DNA of 64,000 nucleotides from an uncultured Aliarcobacter sp. (GTDB taxonomy: Bacteria > Campylobacterota > Campylobacteria > Campylobacterales > Arcobacteraceae), in contig CAXXLV010000001.1 in assembly GCA_963664305.2 (NCBI GenBank), positions 1 to 64,000 on the forward strand, written 5' to 3'. Made by a program: the position numbers and the translations under genes. The notes beneath the pieces are model-generated. The model searched no databases and had not been told where the DNA came from. It saw only the letters and a program-made list of their open reading frames with translations. This document shows, piece by piece, positions 9,986-21,435 of the stretch. Numbering within the stretch: the stretch's first letter is position 1; each line of letters opens with the position of its first letter.

Positions 9986-11485
9986 ATGAATCAAGAAGTT
10001 TTTTGTCACATTCCTTGCGGTCAAACATTACCTTTAAATAATGTTCATGCTGTATCAGTTAGTATGCCAACACTACAAGATGTGATTGATTATGAAGAAC
10101 AAACACCAGAGATTTTAGAAAAAATCACTATTGCATATCCAAGATTTATTATTCATCCATATTTAAAACTTTTGGCAAATTATCTAAAAGAAAAATATAA
10201 AGTTTGTGATAATTATGAAGTTGTACTTTTAAGTTCACAAAAGGCAGTTGATGTTGTAAGTTCAACATATTTTATTCATAATAAAATAGAAATAAATGAA
10301 CCTTTTGGAGTAATTTTAGTACAAAAAGGAACAACGCAACTTCAAAAAGTTTTAAAATTTATTCAACATGTGGGATATAATTTATCTTCTAGACTTGCAG
10401 AAGATTATTTATATAAAGTTGGATTAATAAATAAACTTCATAATGAAGATTTAGAAAATGAATCAAAAGCAAAAGAGATTTTGATTTCAAACTTAGCAAA
10501 TGCTTATAAACAGCCACTTGAAAATATCTGTTTAAATCCTTCTGGTATGAATGCAATGTATTGTGTTTTAAAAGGAATTAAAAATATTCAAGCAAAAAAT
10601 GGAAGACCTATTTTAGTACAACTTGGATGGCTTTATCTTGATACAATGAATATAGTAAATCACTATTTTGAAGAGAGTAAAATCTTTTATGATGTAACAA
10701 ATCTTGATTTATTAGAAGAGTTTTTAAAAAAAGATGGTTTAAAAGTTTCAACAATAGTTACAGAAATCCCAACAAATCCACTAGTACAAACAGTGGATTT
10801 AGAAAGATTAAAAAATCTTTGTGATACATACAATATTCCTTTGGTTATTGATTCAACATTTGCAACGCCATATAACTTAGATTTGAACTCTTATGCAGAT
10901 ATTTATATTGAATCATTAACAAAATTTGCTTGTGGAAATGCAGATGTTTTGATGGGAGCAATTATTTTAAATCAAAACTCGAAAATATCTCATATTTCTC
11001 AAGAGTTTTTCAAACATGCAGATGAGCCATATATCAAAGATATTCAAAGAATGGCTTTTCAAATCAAAGGTTATGAAAAAAGAGTAAAACAAATAGGAAG
11101 TAATACAAAAAAACTGGTTGAATATTTTCAAAAATCAGATTTTATTGATGAAATATTTTATTGTTTACAAGAAAAATATGCAACAAACTATAAAAAACTG
11201 ATGATTGATGAAGATTCATATACAGGAATAGTTTCTGTTACATTTAAAAAAGAGTTTGCTAAAGTTTATGACTCTTTAGCTTTTGCAAAAGGTCCAAGTC
11301 TTGGAACTGAGTTTACACTTTTGATGCCATATACTTACCTTGCCCATTATGATTTAATTACTTCAAAAAAAGGACAAGCGTTTTTAAAACAAATTGGACT
11401 TCCTATAAATCTTCTTAGAATTTCAGTTGGAACTGAAAATATAGAAGAGATAAAAAAAGAGTTTGAAAAAATAAACTCTTTATAA
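9986..11485 (+). CDS. PLP-dependent trans-sulfuration enzyme, long Str2-like cystathionine gamma-synthase
   Basis: HAVSVSMPT, YPRFIIHP, EIPTNP, ESLTKFACG, KGPSLGTEFTL, LLRISVGTE. Confidence 0.85.
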   Translation: MNQEVFCHIPCGQTLPLNNVHAVSVSMPTLQDVIDYEEQTPEILEKITIAYPRFIIHPYLKLLANYLKEKYKVCDNYEVVLLSSQKAVDVVSSTYFIHNKIEINEPFGVILVQKGTTQLQKVLKFIQHVGYNLSSRLAEDYLYKVGLINKLHNEDLENESKAKEILISNLANAYKQPLENICLNPSGMNAMYCVLKGIKNIQAKNGRPILVQLGWLYLDTMNIVNHYFEESKIFYDVTNLDLLEEFLKKDGLKVSTIVTEIPTNPLVQTVDLERLKNLCDTYNIPLVIDSTFATPYNLDLNSYADIYIESLTKFACGNADVLMGAIILNQNSKISHISQEFFKHADEPYIKDIQRMAFQIKGYEKRVKQIGSNTKKLVEYFQKSDFIDEIFYCLQEKYATNYKKLMIDEDSYTGIVSVTFKKEFAKVYDSLAFAKGPSLGTEFTLLMPYTYLAHYDLITSKKGQAFLKQIGLPINLLRISVGTENIEEIKKEFEKINSL

Positions 11486-11487
11486 AT

Positions 11488-12153
11488 TTAAAAAAATAAT
11501 CTATAACCAACCCCATATTCAGTTAGAAGATATCTAGGATTAGCTCCATTATCACCAAGTTTGATTCTTATATTTTTAATATGATAATCTAAACTTCTAT
11601 CACTTTGAATAATTGAAGATAAAAAATCTGTTAATTTTTCTCTTGTTATTGTTTGATTTTTATTTTTTATTAAATATGAAAGTATTTCAAATTCTGTTTT
11701 TGTTAGTTTTAAAGGATTATCGTCAAATAAAATCATGTTTTCATCTATTTTAAAAAGAGTGTTTTTTGGCTCTTTTAATGCAAAAGTTGAACTATTTTTT
11801 ATTTGAACCCAAATTCTAGCCTCTAACTCCTCAGGATCAACTGGCTTTACCATATAATCATTTACACCTAATTTAAAAGCTTGTAGTTTTGTATTTCTAT
11901 CAGAATAAGCACTTATAATCAAAACAGGAAGATTAATCTTATTTCTATTTAAAAATTTCAACACTTCAAAGCCATTAAAATCTGGTAAATTTATATCCAA
12001 TAAAACTACACAATATTTATTAATACTTATATTTGAAACAGCATCTGTTACTGTATTTACAATATCAACACAAAAATCATACTCTTGAAGAAATTCTTTA
12101 ATTAATAAAGCACTACTTTCATCATCTTCAATCAATAAAATCTTATATTTCAT
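11488..12153 (-). CDS. OmpR/PhoB-family response regulator
   Basis: IEDD, LLDINLP, KP receiver motifs; winged helix ending GVGYRL. Confidence 0.95.
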   Translation of the reverse strand: MKYKILLIEDDESSALLIKEFLQEYDFCVDIVNTVTDAVSNISINKYCVVLLDINLPDFNGFEVLKFLNRNKINLPVLIISAYSDRNTKLQAFKLGVNDYMVKPVDPEELEARIWVQIKNSSTFALKEPKNTLFKIDENMILFDDNPLKLTKTEFEILSYLIKNKNQTITREKLTDFLSSIIQSDRSLDYHIKNIRIKLGDNGANPRYLLTEYGVGYRLFF

Positions 12154-12370
12154 AATATACCCTATACACTTATTCCTTGTATTTTATTAATATTTAACTT
12201 ACTTTAGTATTTAAATTATAAATATTTATTGATTTTATAACTAATAAAACTCTTTAAAAAGATCTAAAAAAATATTTATAACATATCCATTCATTAAAAA
12301 TAAATAATAATTTTTATCAAAAAGCAAAGTTTTATATATTAAAAAAAATTTAAAACTTTTATTTAAGTTA

Positions 12371-12410
12371 AACTCAGATTCCTCAGTTTTTACCTTCAGT
12401 TACCTTAGAT
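12371..12410. promoter_or_regulatory. Four imperfect ~10-bp direct repeats; candidate OmpR-family binding site
   Basis: aactcagatt cctcagtttt taccttcagt taccttagat between the divergent response regulator and MCP. Confidence 0.5.
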
Positions 12411-12491
12411 TTGTAATATAAGATTATGTTATTAGATTTCATTTAAGATACATTTATTTGAAATATAAGATTAACTTAAATAGGAGTTTTT

Positions 12492-14450
12492 ATGTTAACA
12501 AAAATAAATACAAAGAAAAAATTATTGATTTTCCCTGCCATGTTTATCTTTATAATGCTTTTGTCAGGAATTACTTACAATTACTTTAGTAAGTTTGAGA
12601 ATTCAGAAACTAAAGTAGCTTTAGAAACTGAAGAATTTATTCAACAATTATTAAAAGGAAGAATTGCTGTTTATCAATTTTTACGTACACCAAATGATGA
12701 AAATGCACAAAAAGTAAGAGATAACTTTGATAATTTAGAAAAAAATGTTTTAGAATTAAGAGAAGAAGTTACTGTGGAGAAAAATAAAATCTTATGTGCT
12801 GAAATAATCAAATATTCAAAAGAGTATAAAAATAATTTTGATTTATTTGCTCCTACTCTCATAATTGATTTTAAAAATAACAAATCTGAATCAACAGATA
12901 TTAAAATTATAATAAAAAAAATGGTTGATGTAGGAATCTTATTAGAAGAAAAAATTAATGAAATAAATAAAAGTGCGTTAGACATAAAAGAAAAATCTCA
13001 CGATACACTAAATAATGTCTTAGTATTAATAGTTATATTTTCAATATTATTTTTTATATTTGTATCTTTATATGTTTCAAAAGTAATTATTCACTCTTTA
13101 GACAACTTCAAATCAGGATTAATATCGTTCTTCTCATACTTAAATAGAAGTTCAAATCAAATCTCTTTATTAGATGATACAGCAAAAGATGAATTTGGTG
13201 AAATGGCAAAATTTGTTAATGACAATATCAAACAAATTGAAAAAACAATCAACCAAGATAACCTATTAATTGATGATGCAAAAATAGTAATGAGTAGAGT
13301 AAATAATGGATGGTATGGACAATTTATTGAAAAATCAACAGCAAATACATCATTAGAAGAGTTTAAAAATAATGTAAATCAAATGATTGAAAGTACAAGA
13401 AAAAGATTTGAAGAAGTAGATGTAATCTTAGAAGAGTACTCAAAACTTGATTATAGAAAAGCATTAAAAATGCATCCAAATGATGAAAAAGGTGGAGTGT
13501 TTGAAAGATTAGTTGTTGGTATTAATACTCTACAAGATTCAATCACACAAATGCTAGTAGATAATAAAACAAATGGATTAACGTTAGATGCAAGCTCGGA
13601 TATATTACTAGTAAATGTAGATAAATTAAATCAAAGCTCAAATGAAGCAGCAGCTTCTTTAGAAGAAACAGCAGCAGCAATAGAAGAGATAACATCAAAT
13701 GTTAGAAATAATACAGAGAATATTGCAAAAATGGCTAAGCTTTCAACAGAAGTAACAAACTCGGCAAATCAAGGTGAAAAATTAGCAAATCAAACAACTA
13801 ATGCAATGGATGAAATCAATAATCAAGTTAACTTGATTAATGAAGCAATTACTGTAATTGACCAAATAGCATTCCAAACAAATATTCTTTCTTTAAACGC
13901 AGCAGTAGAAGCAGCAACTGCTGGAGAAGCAGGAAAAGGATTTGCCGTTGTAGCACAAGAAGTAAGAAACTTAGCATCTCGTTCAGCAGAAGCAGCAAAA
14001 GAGATAAAAACAATAGTAGAAAATGCAACAAGTAAAGCAGATTATGGGAAACAAATAGCAGGGAATATGATAGAAGGATATAAACAATTAAATGAAAATA
14101 TCCAACATACAATAAATTTAATCTCAGATATTCAAAACGCTTCAAAAGAACAATTACTAGGAATTGAACAAATAAATGATGCAGTAACACAATTAGACCA
14201 ACAAACACAACAAAATGCAATGGTGGCAAGTCAAACACATGATGTAGCAGTAATAACAGACCAAATAGCAAAACTTATCGTAAATGAAGCTGATGCAAAA
14301 GAGTTTGTAGGTAAAAATGAAGTAAAAGCAAAAGATATAAATTTAGGAAATAAAAAAGAGAGTTTCATACCTGCAAAAAAAACAACTTCAAAACCTGGGG
14401 AAAAACAAATCAAAGCAAAAATAAATGATGAAGAATGGGAAAGTTTTTAA
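12492..14450 (+). CDS. Methyl-accepting chemotaxis protein with periplasmic helical sensor and C-terminal EWESF pentapeptide
   Basis: Two TM helices, [30 protein letters not shown] signalling tip. Confidence 0.96.
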   Translation: MLTKINTKKKLLIFPAMFIFIMLLSGITYNYFSKFENSETKVALETEEFIQQLLKGRIAVYQFLRTPNDENAQKVRDNFDNLEKNVLELREEVTVEKNKILCAEIIKYSKEYKNNFDLFAPTLIIDFKNNKSESTDIKIIIKKMVDVGILLEEKINEINKSALDIKEKSHDTLNNVLVLIVIFSILFFIFVSLYVSKVIIHSLDNFKSGLISFFSYLNRSSNQISLLDDTAKDEFGEMAKFVNDNIKQIEKTINQDNLLIDDAKIVMSRVNNGWYGQFIEKSTANTSLEEFKNNVNQMIESTRKRFEEVDVILEEYSKLDYRKALKMHPNDEKGGVFERLVVGINTLQDSITQMLVDNKTNGLTLDASSDILLVNVDKLNQSSNEAAASLEETAAAIEEITSNVRNNTENIAKMAKLSTEVTNSANQGEKLANQTTNAMDEINNQVNLINEAITVIDQIAFQTNILSLNAAVEAATAGEAGKGFAVVAQEVRNLASRSAEAAKEIKTIVENATSKADYGKQIAGNMIEGYKQLNENIQHTINLISDIQNASKEQLLGIEQINDAVTQLDQQTQQNAMVASQTHDVAVITDQIAKLIVNEADAKEFVGKNEVKAKDINLGNKKESFIPAKKTTSKPGEKQIKAKINDEEWESF

Positions 14451-14483
14451 ACTCTTTCCCAAATAAAAAAACAAGGTTCGAAT

Positions 14484-16520
14484 ATGCTTGATGATATGGA
14501 AATTATAGTAGAAAGTACAGGTGCCTTAGTATATATAATAGATTTATCAACTCACGAAGTAATTTATGCAAACTCAAAATGCAAAAAGGAGTTTGGAGAA
14601 GTTACTGGAAAAATTTGTTATGAAGTTTTACAAAAAAATCAAATAAAACCTTGTGAATTTTGTCCTCTTCAACAACAAAATAAAAATCCAATTTCTTTAC
14701 CTTTTGGAACAACTTATGAATGGGAAAATAAAAACTCTATAAATGGAAAATATTATCTATTCACAGATAGAATCACAAAATGGAAAGATGGAAGAAAAGT
14801 AAAAGTTCAAATTGGAATTGATATAACTAAACAAAAAAGTTTAGAAAAACAGATGATTAAAGAAAAAGATACTTTTATAAAATCATTTAAAACTATAATA
14901 GATTCAACAATAGAGGGAATTATAGTTTATGATGAAAACAAAAAGTGTTTACAAGTAAATGCTGTTGCACCAAAACTTTTAGGTTATAAAAAAAGTGAAA
15001 TGATTGGGAAAGATGCCCTTGATTTTATTGCTCCTTCTTCTTTTAGTTTAGTAAAAGAGGTGATAAACAATCAAAACCAAGAACCCTATGAAGCTCAAAT
15101 GATAAGAAAAGATGGTTCAATATTTCCTGTAATTTTAAGAGGAAAAGATTTAGATTTTTTAGGTAGAAAAATTAGAATTTCTGCAATCATTGATATAACA
15201 GATATCAAAAAAAAAGAAGCTGAAATTTCACAACTTGCTTATTATGATAATTTAACTGGAATTCCAAATAGATTTTTATTAAAAGAGTTATTATTTCAAA
15301 TGACAAAAAGAATAAAAAGAACTGGTAATTTTGGAGCTCTTTTATTTATTGACTTAGACCATTTTAAAATCATAAATGATACAAAAGGTCATAGTATTGG
15401 AGATATAGTATTAATTGAGACTACAAAAAGGATTCAAAATGTTTTAAGACAAAGTGACATATTAGCTAGACTTGGTGGAGATGAATTTATAGTTGCTATT
15501 GAATTTTCAAATAGTGATAAAAATTTAGTATTAAATCATTTAAATGATATTTCAAATAAAATTCTTGAAGAGATAAAAAAGCCCTATTTTATCTATAATT
15601 ATGATTTTAGATTAACTGCAAGTATAGGAATAATTCTATTTAAAGATGATTTTTACACTATTGATGATTTAATGAAATTTGCAGATACTGCAATGTACAC
15701 TTCAAAAGAAAAAGGAAGAAATACTTATAGTTTTTTTGACCCAAAATTACAAAAACTTTTAGAAGAAAAAACCGACTTAACAAATAAACTACGAGAAGCT
15801 ATTGATGATGACAACATACTAATTTATTATCAACCTCAAATAAGCCATAAAAATAATAAAAGTAAAATTTCAGGAGTAGAAGCTTTAGTAAGATGGAATG
15901 AAAAAAAGAAAGGAATTATAACACCTGATAAATTTATACCTTTAGCAGAAGAGACAGGATTAATAATACCTTTGGGAAAATTAATTTTAAAAAAAATATT
16001 TATACAACTAAAAAAATGGGAAGATGATTTAGAAAAAAAAGATTGGAGAGTATCAATTAATATAAGTTATAAACAATTTGAAGAAAAAAATTTTGTTGAT
16101 GATTTAAAATTTTTAGTAAAAGAGTATAAAATAAATCCAAAAAAAATTAGATTGGAATTAACAGAAAATCTATTAATAAAAAATACCCAAGAGACTTTAG
16201 ATAAAATAAAAGAGTTACACCATTTAGGAATAAGTCTATCTATTGATGACTTTGGAACAGGTTACTCCTCTTTGGCATATTTAAAACAACTTAGTATAAA
16301 TGAATTAAAAATTGATAAATCTTTCACAAAAAATTTATTAAATGATACAAATGATTTAATTATAATAGAAACTATCATCTCTATTGGCAAAAAATTTAAT
16401 CTTGATGTAATTGCTGAGGGGGTAGAATCAAAAGAAGAGTATCAAAAACTCTTATCTATGGGATGCAAACATTTCCAAGGCTACTTTTTTGGTAAACCTG
16501 TAAGTGCCAATTTTTTATAA
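14484..16520 (+). CDS. PAS-PAS-GGDEF-EAL diguanylate cyclase/phosphodiesterase
   Basis: RLGGDEF, VEALVRW, DDFGTGYSS, AEGVE, QGYFF all intact. Confidence 0.95.
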   Translation: MLDDMEIIVESTGALVYIIDLSTHEVIYANSKCKKEFGEVTGKICYEVLQKNQIKPCEFCPLQQQNKNPISLPFGTTYEWENKNSINGKYYLFTDRITKWKDGRKVKVQIGIDITKQKSLEKQMIKEKDTFIKSFKTIIDSTIEGIIVYDENKKCLQVNAVAPKLLGYKKSEMIGKDALDFIAPSSFSLVKEVINNQNQEPYEAQMIRKDGSIFPVILRGKDLDFLGRKIRISAIIDITDIKKKEAEISQLAYYDNLTGIPNRFLLKELLFQMTKRIKRTGNFGALLFIDLDHFKIINDTKGHSIGDIVLIETTKRIQNVLRQSDILARLGGDEFIVAIEFSNSDKNLVLNHLNDISNKILEEIKKPYFIYNYDFRLTASIGIILFKDDFYTIDDLMKFADTAMYTSKEKGRNTYSFFDPKLQKLLEEKTDLTNKLREAIDDDNILIYYQPQISHKNNKSKISGVEALVRWNEKKKGIITPDKFIPLAEETGLIIPLGKLILKKIFIQLKKWEDDLEKKDWRVSINISYKQFEEKNFVDDLKFLVKEYKINPKKIRLELTENLLIKNTQETLDKIKELHHLGISLSIDDFGTGYSSLAYLKQLSINELKIDKSFTKNLLNDTNDLIIIETIISIGKKFNLDVIAEGVESKEEYQKLLSMGCKHFQGYFFGKPVSANFL

Positions 16521-16538
16521 AAAATCAAAAGGATAAAG

Positions 16539-19391
16539 TTGAAACTTGTTCTAATCTTTTTATTATTTATCTCTTTTTTATATTCAAAAGATTTAAAACC
16601 TATTTCTATTCAATTAAAATGGAAACACCAATTTCAATTTGCAGGATTTTATGTAGCAAAGGAGTTAGGACTATATGAAAAATATGGCTTAGATGTTAGT
16701 TTTGAAGAATTTGATGGAAGTTTTGACCCATTAAATAGAGTTTTAGAACAAAAAAGTAATTTTGGTATAGATGATTCCTCGTTGGTGTATCATAAACTAA
16801 ATGGAAATGATGTTGTTGCTCTTTTTGCTATTTTTAAAACTTCTCCTATTGCCCTATTAAGCCAAGAAAAATTCAATACCATTAAATCTTTAAAAAACAA
16901 AGATATTGAATTTTCATCAAATGAAATTTCAAATATTTCAATTAATGCTATTTTTAAAAGTCAAGATATTCACGTAAATAATATAAAACACACATTCTAT
17001 TCAAAAAGTTTTAAAGAAAAAAAATCTGATGCTATTGTTGGATATTTATCAAATCAACCCCATATTTTGGACAAAGAGAATATAAAATATAATATTTTTT
17101 TACCAAAGGATTATGGATTTGATTTTTATGGAGATATGATTTATACATCATTAGAATTTGCAAAACAAAATCCAATTATAGTAAAAAATTTTATTGAAGC
17201 AACTAAAAAGGGATGGGAATATGCTTTTAAAAATATTCCTTATAGCGTAGATTTAATTTATGAAAAATATAACTCTCAAAATAAAAGTAAAGACTCTTTA
17301 TTTTATGAAGCAAATATACTCAAAGAGTTTAGTGATTATGAAAATAAAGAGTTTGGAGAAATTGATAAATTTAAAGTAAAAGAGATTGCAAATACTATAA
17401 AACTTATCTATCCCCAAAGATTTAGGAATAATGATTTAAATGATTTTATTTGGAATAACAAAGTTGCTTTAATAGATTACTACAAAAAAAATTATTTACA
17501 ATTTAATAAAGATTTTACTGTTTGTATTCAAGATAATCTTTTCCCAATTGATGGAATTGACAATAATAGACTGGTGGGAATTTCTGGTGAAATATTAAAT
17601 ACAATTTCTGAAAAATTTGAATTTAATTTAAAACCAATAAATGCAAAGAATTACCAAGAATCTATCCAAAATGTTTTTGAAAATAAATGTAACATTCTTA
17701 CAATAAGTGCAGAAGATTCATATAAACAATATAAAATCATGGATAGAACCAATTTTTATTTAGAATCAAATTTAGCCATTATTACAAAAATTGACAAACC
17801 ATTTATAGAAAATAACAATAATTTAAATGAAAAAAAATTTGTTGTTAGATATGAAGTTATAAAAAAGTATTTACTCTCTTATTATCCAAATATACAAGTA
17901 GAAATTATTAAAGATTTAGAAAGAATTTCTACAAAATTAAAAGATGATGAAATAGATGGATTTATAACTGATAATATAACTGTTGATAGAATGATTCAAA
18001 AACTAGGTTTCAATGAATTTAAAATTTCAGGATTTATAAATAAAGAACCAATAAAAATCGCATTTGCAGTTTCTAAAGATAAACCTGAATTACGTGAAAT
18101 ATTAAATTTAGGTTTAAGTTATTTTTCAAAAGAAGATATAGAAGCTATTGAAGAAAAATATAAAGTTACTAGATATTCAACTATTATAAATAAAAATCTG
18201 ATTTGGAAGATATTAATTCTATTTACAATTATCTCTTTAACTATTTTATTTTCTATCTTTTTTTTAAAAAGAAAAAATGATGAATTAAATGAATGGTTAA
18301 ATTCAACAATTGAAGGTGTTGCACTTTTTGAAAATAAAAAATTATTAAGGGCAAACACTCAACTTCTAAAAATTTTGGGTTATGATAATTTTAAAGAGAT
18401 ACAAAATAAAACATATTTTGATTTTATTTCTCCAAAAGACCATCATATAATAAAAGAAAAATTAAAAGAAGATCAAGAAGCTTATGAACTTACATTTATA
18501 AAAAAAGATGGTTCTTTAATGGATGGATTGGTAAAAGGTCACAATATAAAAGGTTCAACAAATAAAAGAATTAGTGTAATAATTGATATAACCGAATTAA
18601 AGAAAACTCAAAGAGAGTTAAAAGAGTTAAATCAAACTCTAAACTTGAGAATAGAAGATGAGTTACAAAAGAATCATGAACAAAGAGTTATTATGTTCCA
18701 ACAAGCTAAACTTGCAGAAATAGGTTCTATGATAAATATGATTGCTCATCAATGGAGACAACCTTTAAATAATATCTCTTTACTTGTTAATACAATAATT
18801 ATCAAATATAAAAAGGATACTTTATCTGTTGAAATGTTAAATAAATTAAAAGAGAATTTTCAAGAACAAATAAATTATTTATCAAATACCATTGATGATT
18901 TTCAAAACTTTTTTAAACCAAAAAAAGATAAAGAAATTTTTGTTATAAATGAAATTATTTTATCAACTTTAAATTTGATAAAACCCAAATTTGAAAAAAA
19001 TAGAATAAAAACTAACTTTAATTCAATAACAAATATCAACTACTTTGGTTACAAAAATGAGTTAGCCCAAGTATTATTAACTATTTTAAATAACTCTTTA
19101 GATGCTTTTGAAGAGAATAATGTTTTAGATAAATTAATAGAAATTGATTTAGAAACCCTTAAAGAAAATATAATCATAAAAGTAAGAGATAATGCAGGAG
19201 GCATAAAAGAGGAAAATCTAAAAAAAGTTTTTGATTTATATTTTTCAACAAAAATAGAAAAAAATGGAACAGGATTAGGATTATATATCAGTAAAACTAT
19301 TATTAATAGACATTTTAAAGGTGAAATTAAAATCCATAATATAAAAAAAGGAGCTGAAATTATTATTACTTTTCCTAAAAACAACATTTAA
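16539..19391 (+). CDS. Sensor histidine kinase with NMT1/THI5-like and substrate-binding periplasmic domains plus PAS
   Basis: QLKWKHQFQFAGFYVAKE N-terminus; AHQWRQPL H-box; DNAGG, GTGLGL. Confidence 0.93.
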   Translation: MKLVLIFLLFISFLYSKDLKPISIQLKWKHQFQFAGFYVAKELGLYEKYGLDVSFEEFDGSFDPLNRVLEQKSNFGIDDSSLVYHKLNGNDVVALFAIFKTSPIALLSQEKFNTIKSLKNKDIEFSSNEISNISINAIFKSQDIHVNNIKHTFYSKSFKEKKSDAIVGYLSNQPHILDKENIKYNIFLPKDYGFDFYGDMIYTSLEFAKQNPIIVKNFIEATKKGWEYAFKNIPYSVDLIYEKYNSQNKSKDSLFYEANILKEFSDYENKEFGEIDKFKVKEIANTIKLIYPQRFRNNDLNDFIWNNKVALIDYYKKNYLQFNKDFTVCIQDNLFPIDGIDNNRLVGISGEILNTISEKFEFNLKPINAKNYQESIQNVFENKCNILTISAEDSYKQYKIMDRTNFYLESNLAIITKIDKPFIENNNNLNEKKFVVRYEVIKKYLLSYYPNIQVEIIKDLERISTKLKDDEIDGFITDNITVDRMIQKLGFNEFKISGFINKEPIKIAFAVSKDKPELREILNLGLSYFSKEDIEAIEEKYKVTRYSTIINKNLIWKILILFTIISLTILFSIFFLKRKNDELNEWLNSTIEGVALFENKKLLRANTQLLKILGYDNFKEIQNKTYFDFISPKDHHIIKEKLKEDQEAYELTFIKKDGSLMDGLVKGHNIKGSTNKRISVIIDITELKKTQRELKELNQTLNLRIEDELQKNHEQRVIMFQQAKLAEIGSMINMIAHQWRQPLNNISLLVNTIIIKYKKDTLSVEMLNKLKENFQEQINYLSNTIDDFQNFFKPKKDKEIFVINEIILSTLNLIKPKFEKNRIKTNFNSITNINYFGYKNELAQVLLTILNNSLDAFEENNVLDKLIEIDLETLKENIIIKVRDNAGGIKEENLKKVFDLYFSTKIEKNGTGLGLYISKTIINRHFKGEIKIHNIKKGAEIIITFPKNNI

Positions 19392-19487
19392 TAATTTTTA
19401 AGGAATAAATATTGCATATGAATAAAAATGCAAAAAATGGCTTTCTTTTATACACTTAAATCTTTAAATACGAAAGAAATAATAAAA

Positions 19488-20867
19488 ATGAAAATAAAAT
19501 ATAAACTACTTTTCCTATTTTTTGTTGCACAAATAGGATTTATCATCATTGCAATTACGGCACTAAATTCTGGAACTGATTTAACAATAATCTTCACCTC
19601 ACTTTTTTCTCTATTTTTAGGATTGATTTGTTTTTCATTTTTTCGCTCTATCACAGAAGATTTTAAAAATTTCAACAAATCATTTGAAAATTTTTCAAAC
19701 TTTATAAATTCAAAAAACAATAAATTTATTCCTTATGAGATAGAAGGTAATAGTGGTGTTGCTCAACTATCAAGAAAATTAAATGAAATATCACTAGAAA
19801 TTGATAAAAGAATGAAATATGACATGAAAGTTTTAGGGGAAATTGTAATAACTATGGACAGAGTTGAACAAGGAATTTATAGTTCAAGAATAAAATCAGA
19901 AACAACAAATCCAATGATTATGACGCTAAGAAACACTATAAATAAAATGTTAGATGAAGTTAGCAAAGATATGAACAATCTTGTAAATATTTTGGATTCT
20001 TATTCAAAAGATGATTTCACAAAACAAGTTGAAATTGATGAAAAAGTAAAAGGTGAAATGTTAAAAGTATTAACAAGCATAAACTTTTTAGGAGAAACCC
20101 TAAGTCTTAATGCTAAAAAGAATTTAGATAATGGTTTGATATTAGAAAAAAATTCTAAAAACATGATTGAAAGTGTAAACTTCTTCGGACAAAAAGCAAA
20201 TGAACAAACTTCTTCTTTAGAAAAAACAACAAATACTCTCTCACAAATTACAGATACTACAAAAAATAATACAGAAAATGCACAAAAAATGCATGAGTTA
20301 GGAAAAGTAGTAAAAGTTGCAGTTACAAATGGTCAAGATTTAGCTTCAAAAACTGCTAATTCTATGGACCAAATAAACAAAGAAATTACATTTATAACAG
20401 AAGCAATATCAATTATCGACCAAATTGCATTTCAAACAAATATTTTATCACTTAATGCAGCCGTTGAAGCTGCAACTGCTGGAGAAGCTGGACGTGGATT
20501 TGCAGTTGTTGCAGCAGAAGTGAGAAATCTTGCAAACAGAAGTGCAGAAGCTGCACGTGAAATAAAAGGAATAGTTGAAAATGCTACGACAAAAGCAAAT
20601 GAAGGGAAAAAAATAAGTGATATGATGATTGAAGGTTATGAAAAATTAAATATGGATATCAATCAAACGATAGAGATTATTCAAGATGTAAGTAGTTCAA
20701 GTAATAAACAACTAGAAGGTATTGAAGAAATAAATAGAATGATAAATGTATTAAACCAATTATCCTTAGAAAATGTTAATCAAGCAAAAAATGTTGCAAA
20801 AATTACAACTACAACACAAAAAATGGCTGAAGAACTTGTATCTGAAGCAAAAAATAAAAAATTCTAA
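19488..20867 (+). CDS. MCP without a periplasmic sensor domain (CetA-like)
   Basis: Two closely spaced TM helices then the signalling domain; likely start ATG 19488 (track gives 19428). Confidence 0.9.
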   Translation: MKIKYKLLFLFFVAQIGFIIIAITALNSGTDLTIIFTSLFSLFLGLICFSFFRSITEDFKNFNKSFENFSNFINSKNNKFIPYEIEGNSGVAQLSRKLNEISLEIDKRMKYDMKVLGEIVITMDRVEQGIYSSRIKSETTNPMIMTLRNTINKMLDEVSKDMNNLVNILDSYSKDDFTKQVEIDEKVKGEMLKVLTSINFLGETLSLNAKKNLDNGLILEKNSKNMIESVNFFGQKANEQTSSLEKTTNTLSQITDTTKNNTENAQKMHELGKVVKVAVTNGQDLASKTANSMDQINKEITFITEAISIIDQIAFQTNILSLNAAVEAATAGEAGRGFAVVAAEVRNLANRSAEAAREIKGIVENATTKANEGKKISDMMIEGYEKLNMDINQTIEIIQDVSSSSNKQLEGIEEINRMINVLNQLSLENVNQAKNVAKITTTTQKMAEELVSEAKNKKF

Positions 20868-20882
20868 TCAAAGGAGTTTATT

Positions 20883-21278
20883 ATGAGTAACAATGAAACT
20901 TTATTAAGTGAATATGCTTTTTTAGTAAGTGAAACTAATGAAAAAGGTATTATAACTTTTGCAAATAACGATTTTTGTGAAATTGCCGGTTTTACATTGG
21001 ATGAATTAATAGGAAAACCTCACAATGTTGTAAGACATTCAGATATGCCTAAAAGTGCTTTTAAAGATTTATGGGAAACTGTAAAAAAAGGAGAAATCTG
21101 GACTGGTTATGTAAAAAATAGAACTAAAGATAATGGTTATTATTGGGTTTTTGCAACGGTTTATCCTTTTGAAGGTTGTGATGGAGAAAAAGGTTATTTA
21201 AGTTGTAGAAAAAAAGCTTCTCAAGAAGAGATAGAAATTTATGAAAATCTTTATAAAGAGTTAAAAGAAAAAGATTAA
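20883..21278 (+). CDS. Stand-alone Aer-type PAS domain protein (CetB-like)
   Basis: GIITFAN..F, GKPHNVVRHSDMP..F..LW, W.GYVKN, YYWVFA. Confidence 0.9.
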   Translation: MSNNETLLSEYAFLVSETNEKGIITFANNDFCEIAGFTLDELIGKPHNVVRHSDMPKSAFKDLWETVKKGEIWTGYVKNRTKDNGYYWVFATVYPFEGCDGEKGYLSCRKKASQEEIEIYENLYKELKEKD

Positions 21279-21435
21279 AAACTCAAACATTAAATTAACA
21301 ATTTTTTTCTAAAATTTCACAAATGGTCATAAAATAATTTATCAACTATACAAAATAAATTTTATGTACAAACAGTCTCATCCTACTAATTTTCTGAATG
21401 TAATCTCTAAATTTAATAAGAAGTGACCATTTTAT

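Noticed and set aside
13850..14000. DNA similarity among the four MCP genes as a mobile repeat
   Set aside because: Explained by the highly conserved MCP signalling hairpin.
12674..19720. Minus-strand ORFs 12674, 13849, 14231, 18119, 19049, 19448
   Set aside because: Antisense to well-supported MCP and kinase genes, with no recognisable motifs.
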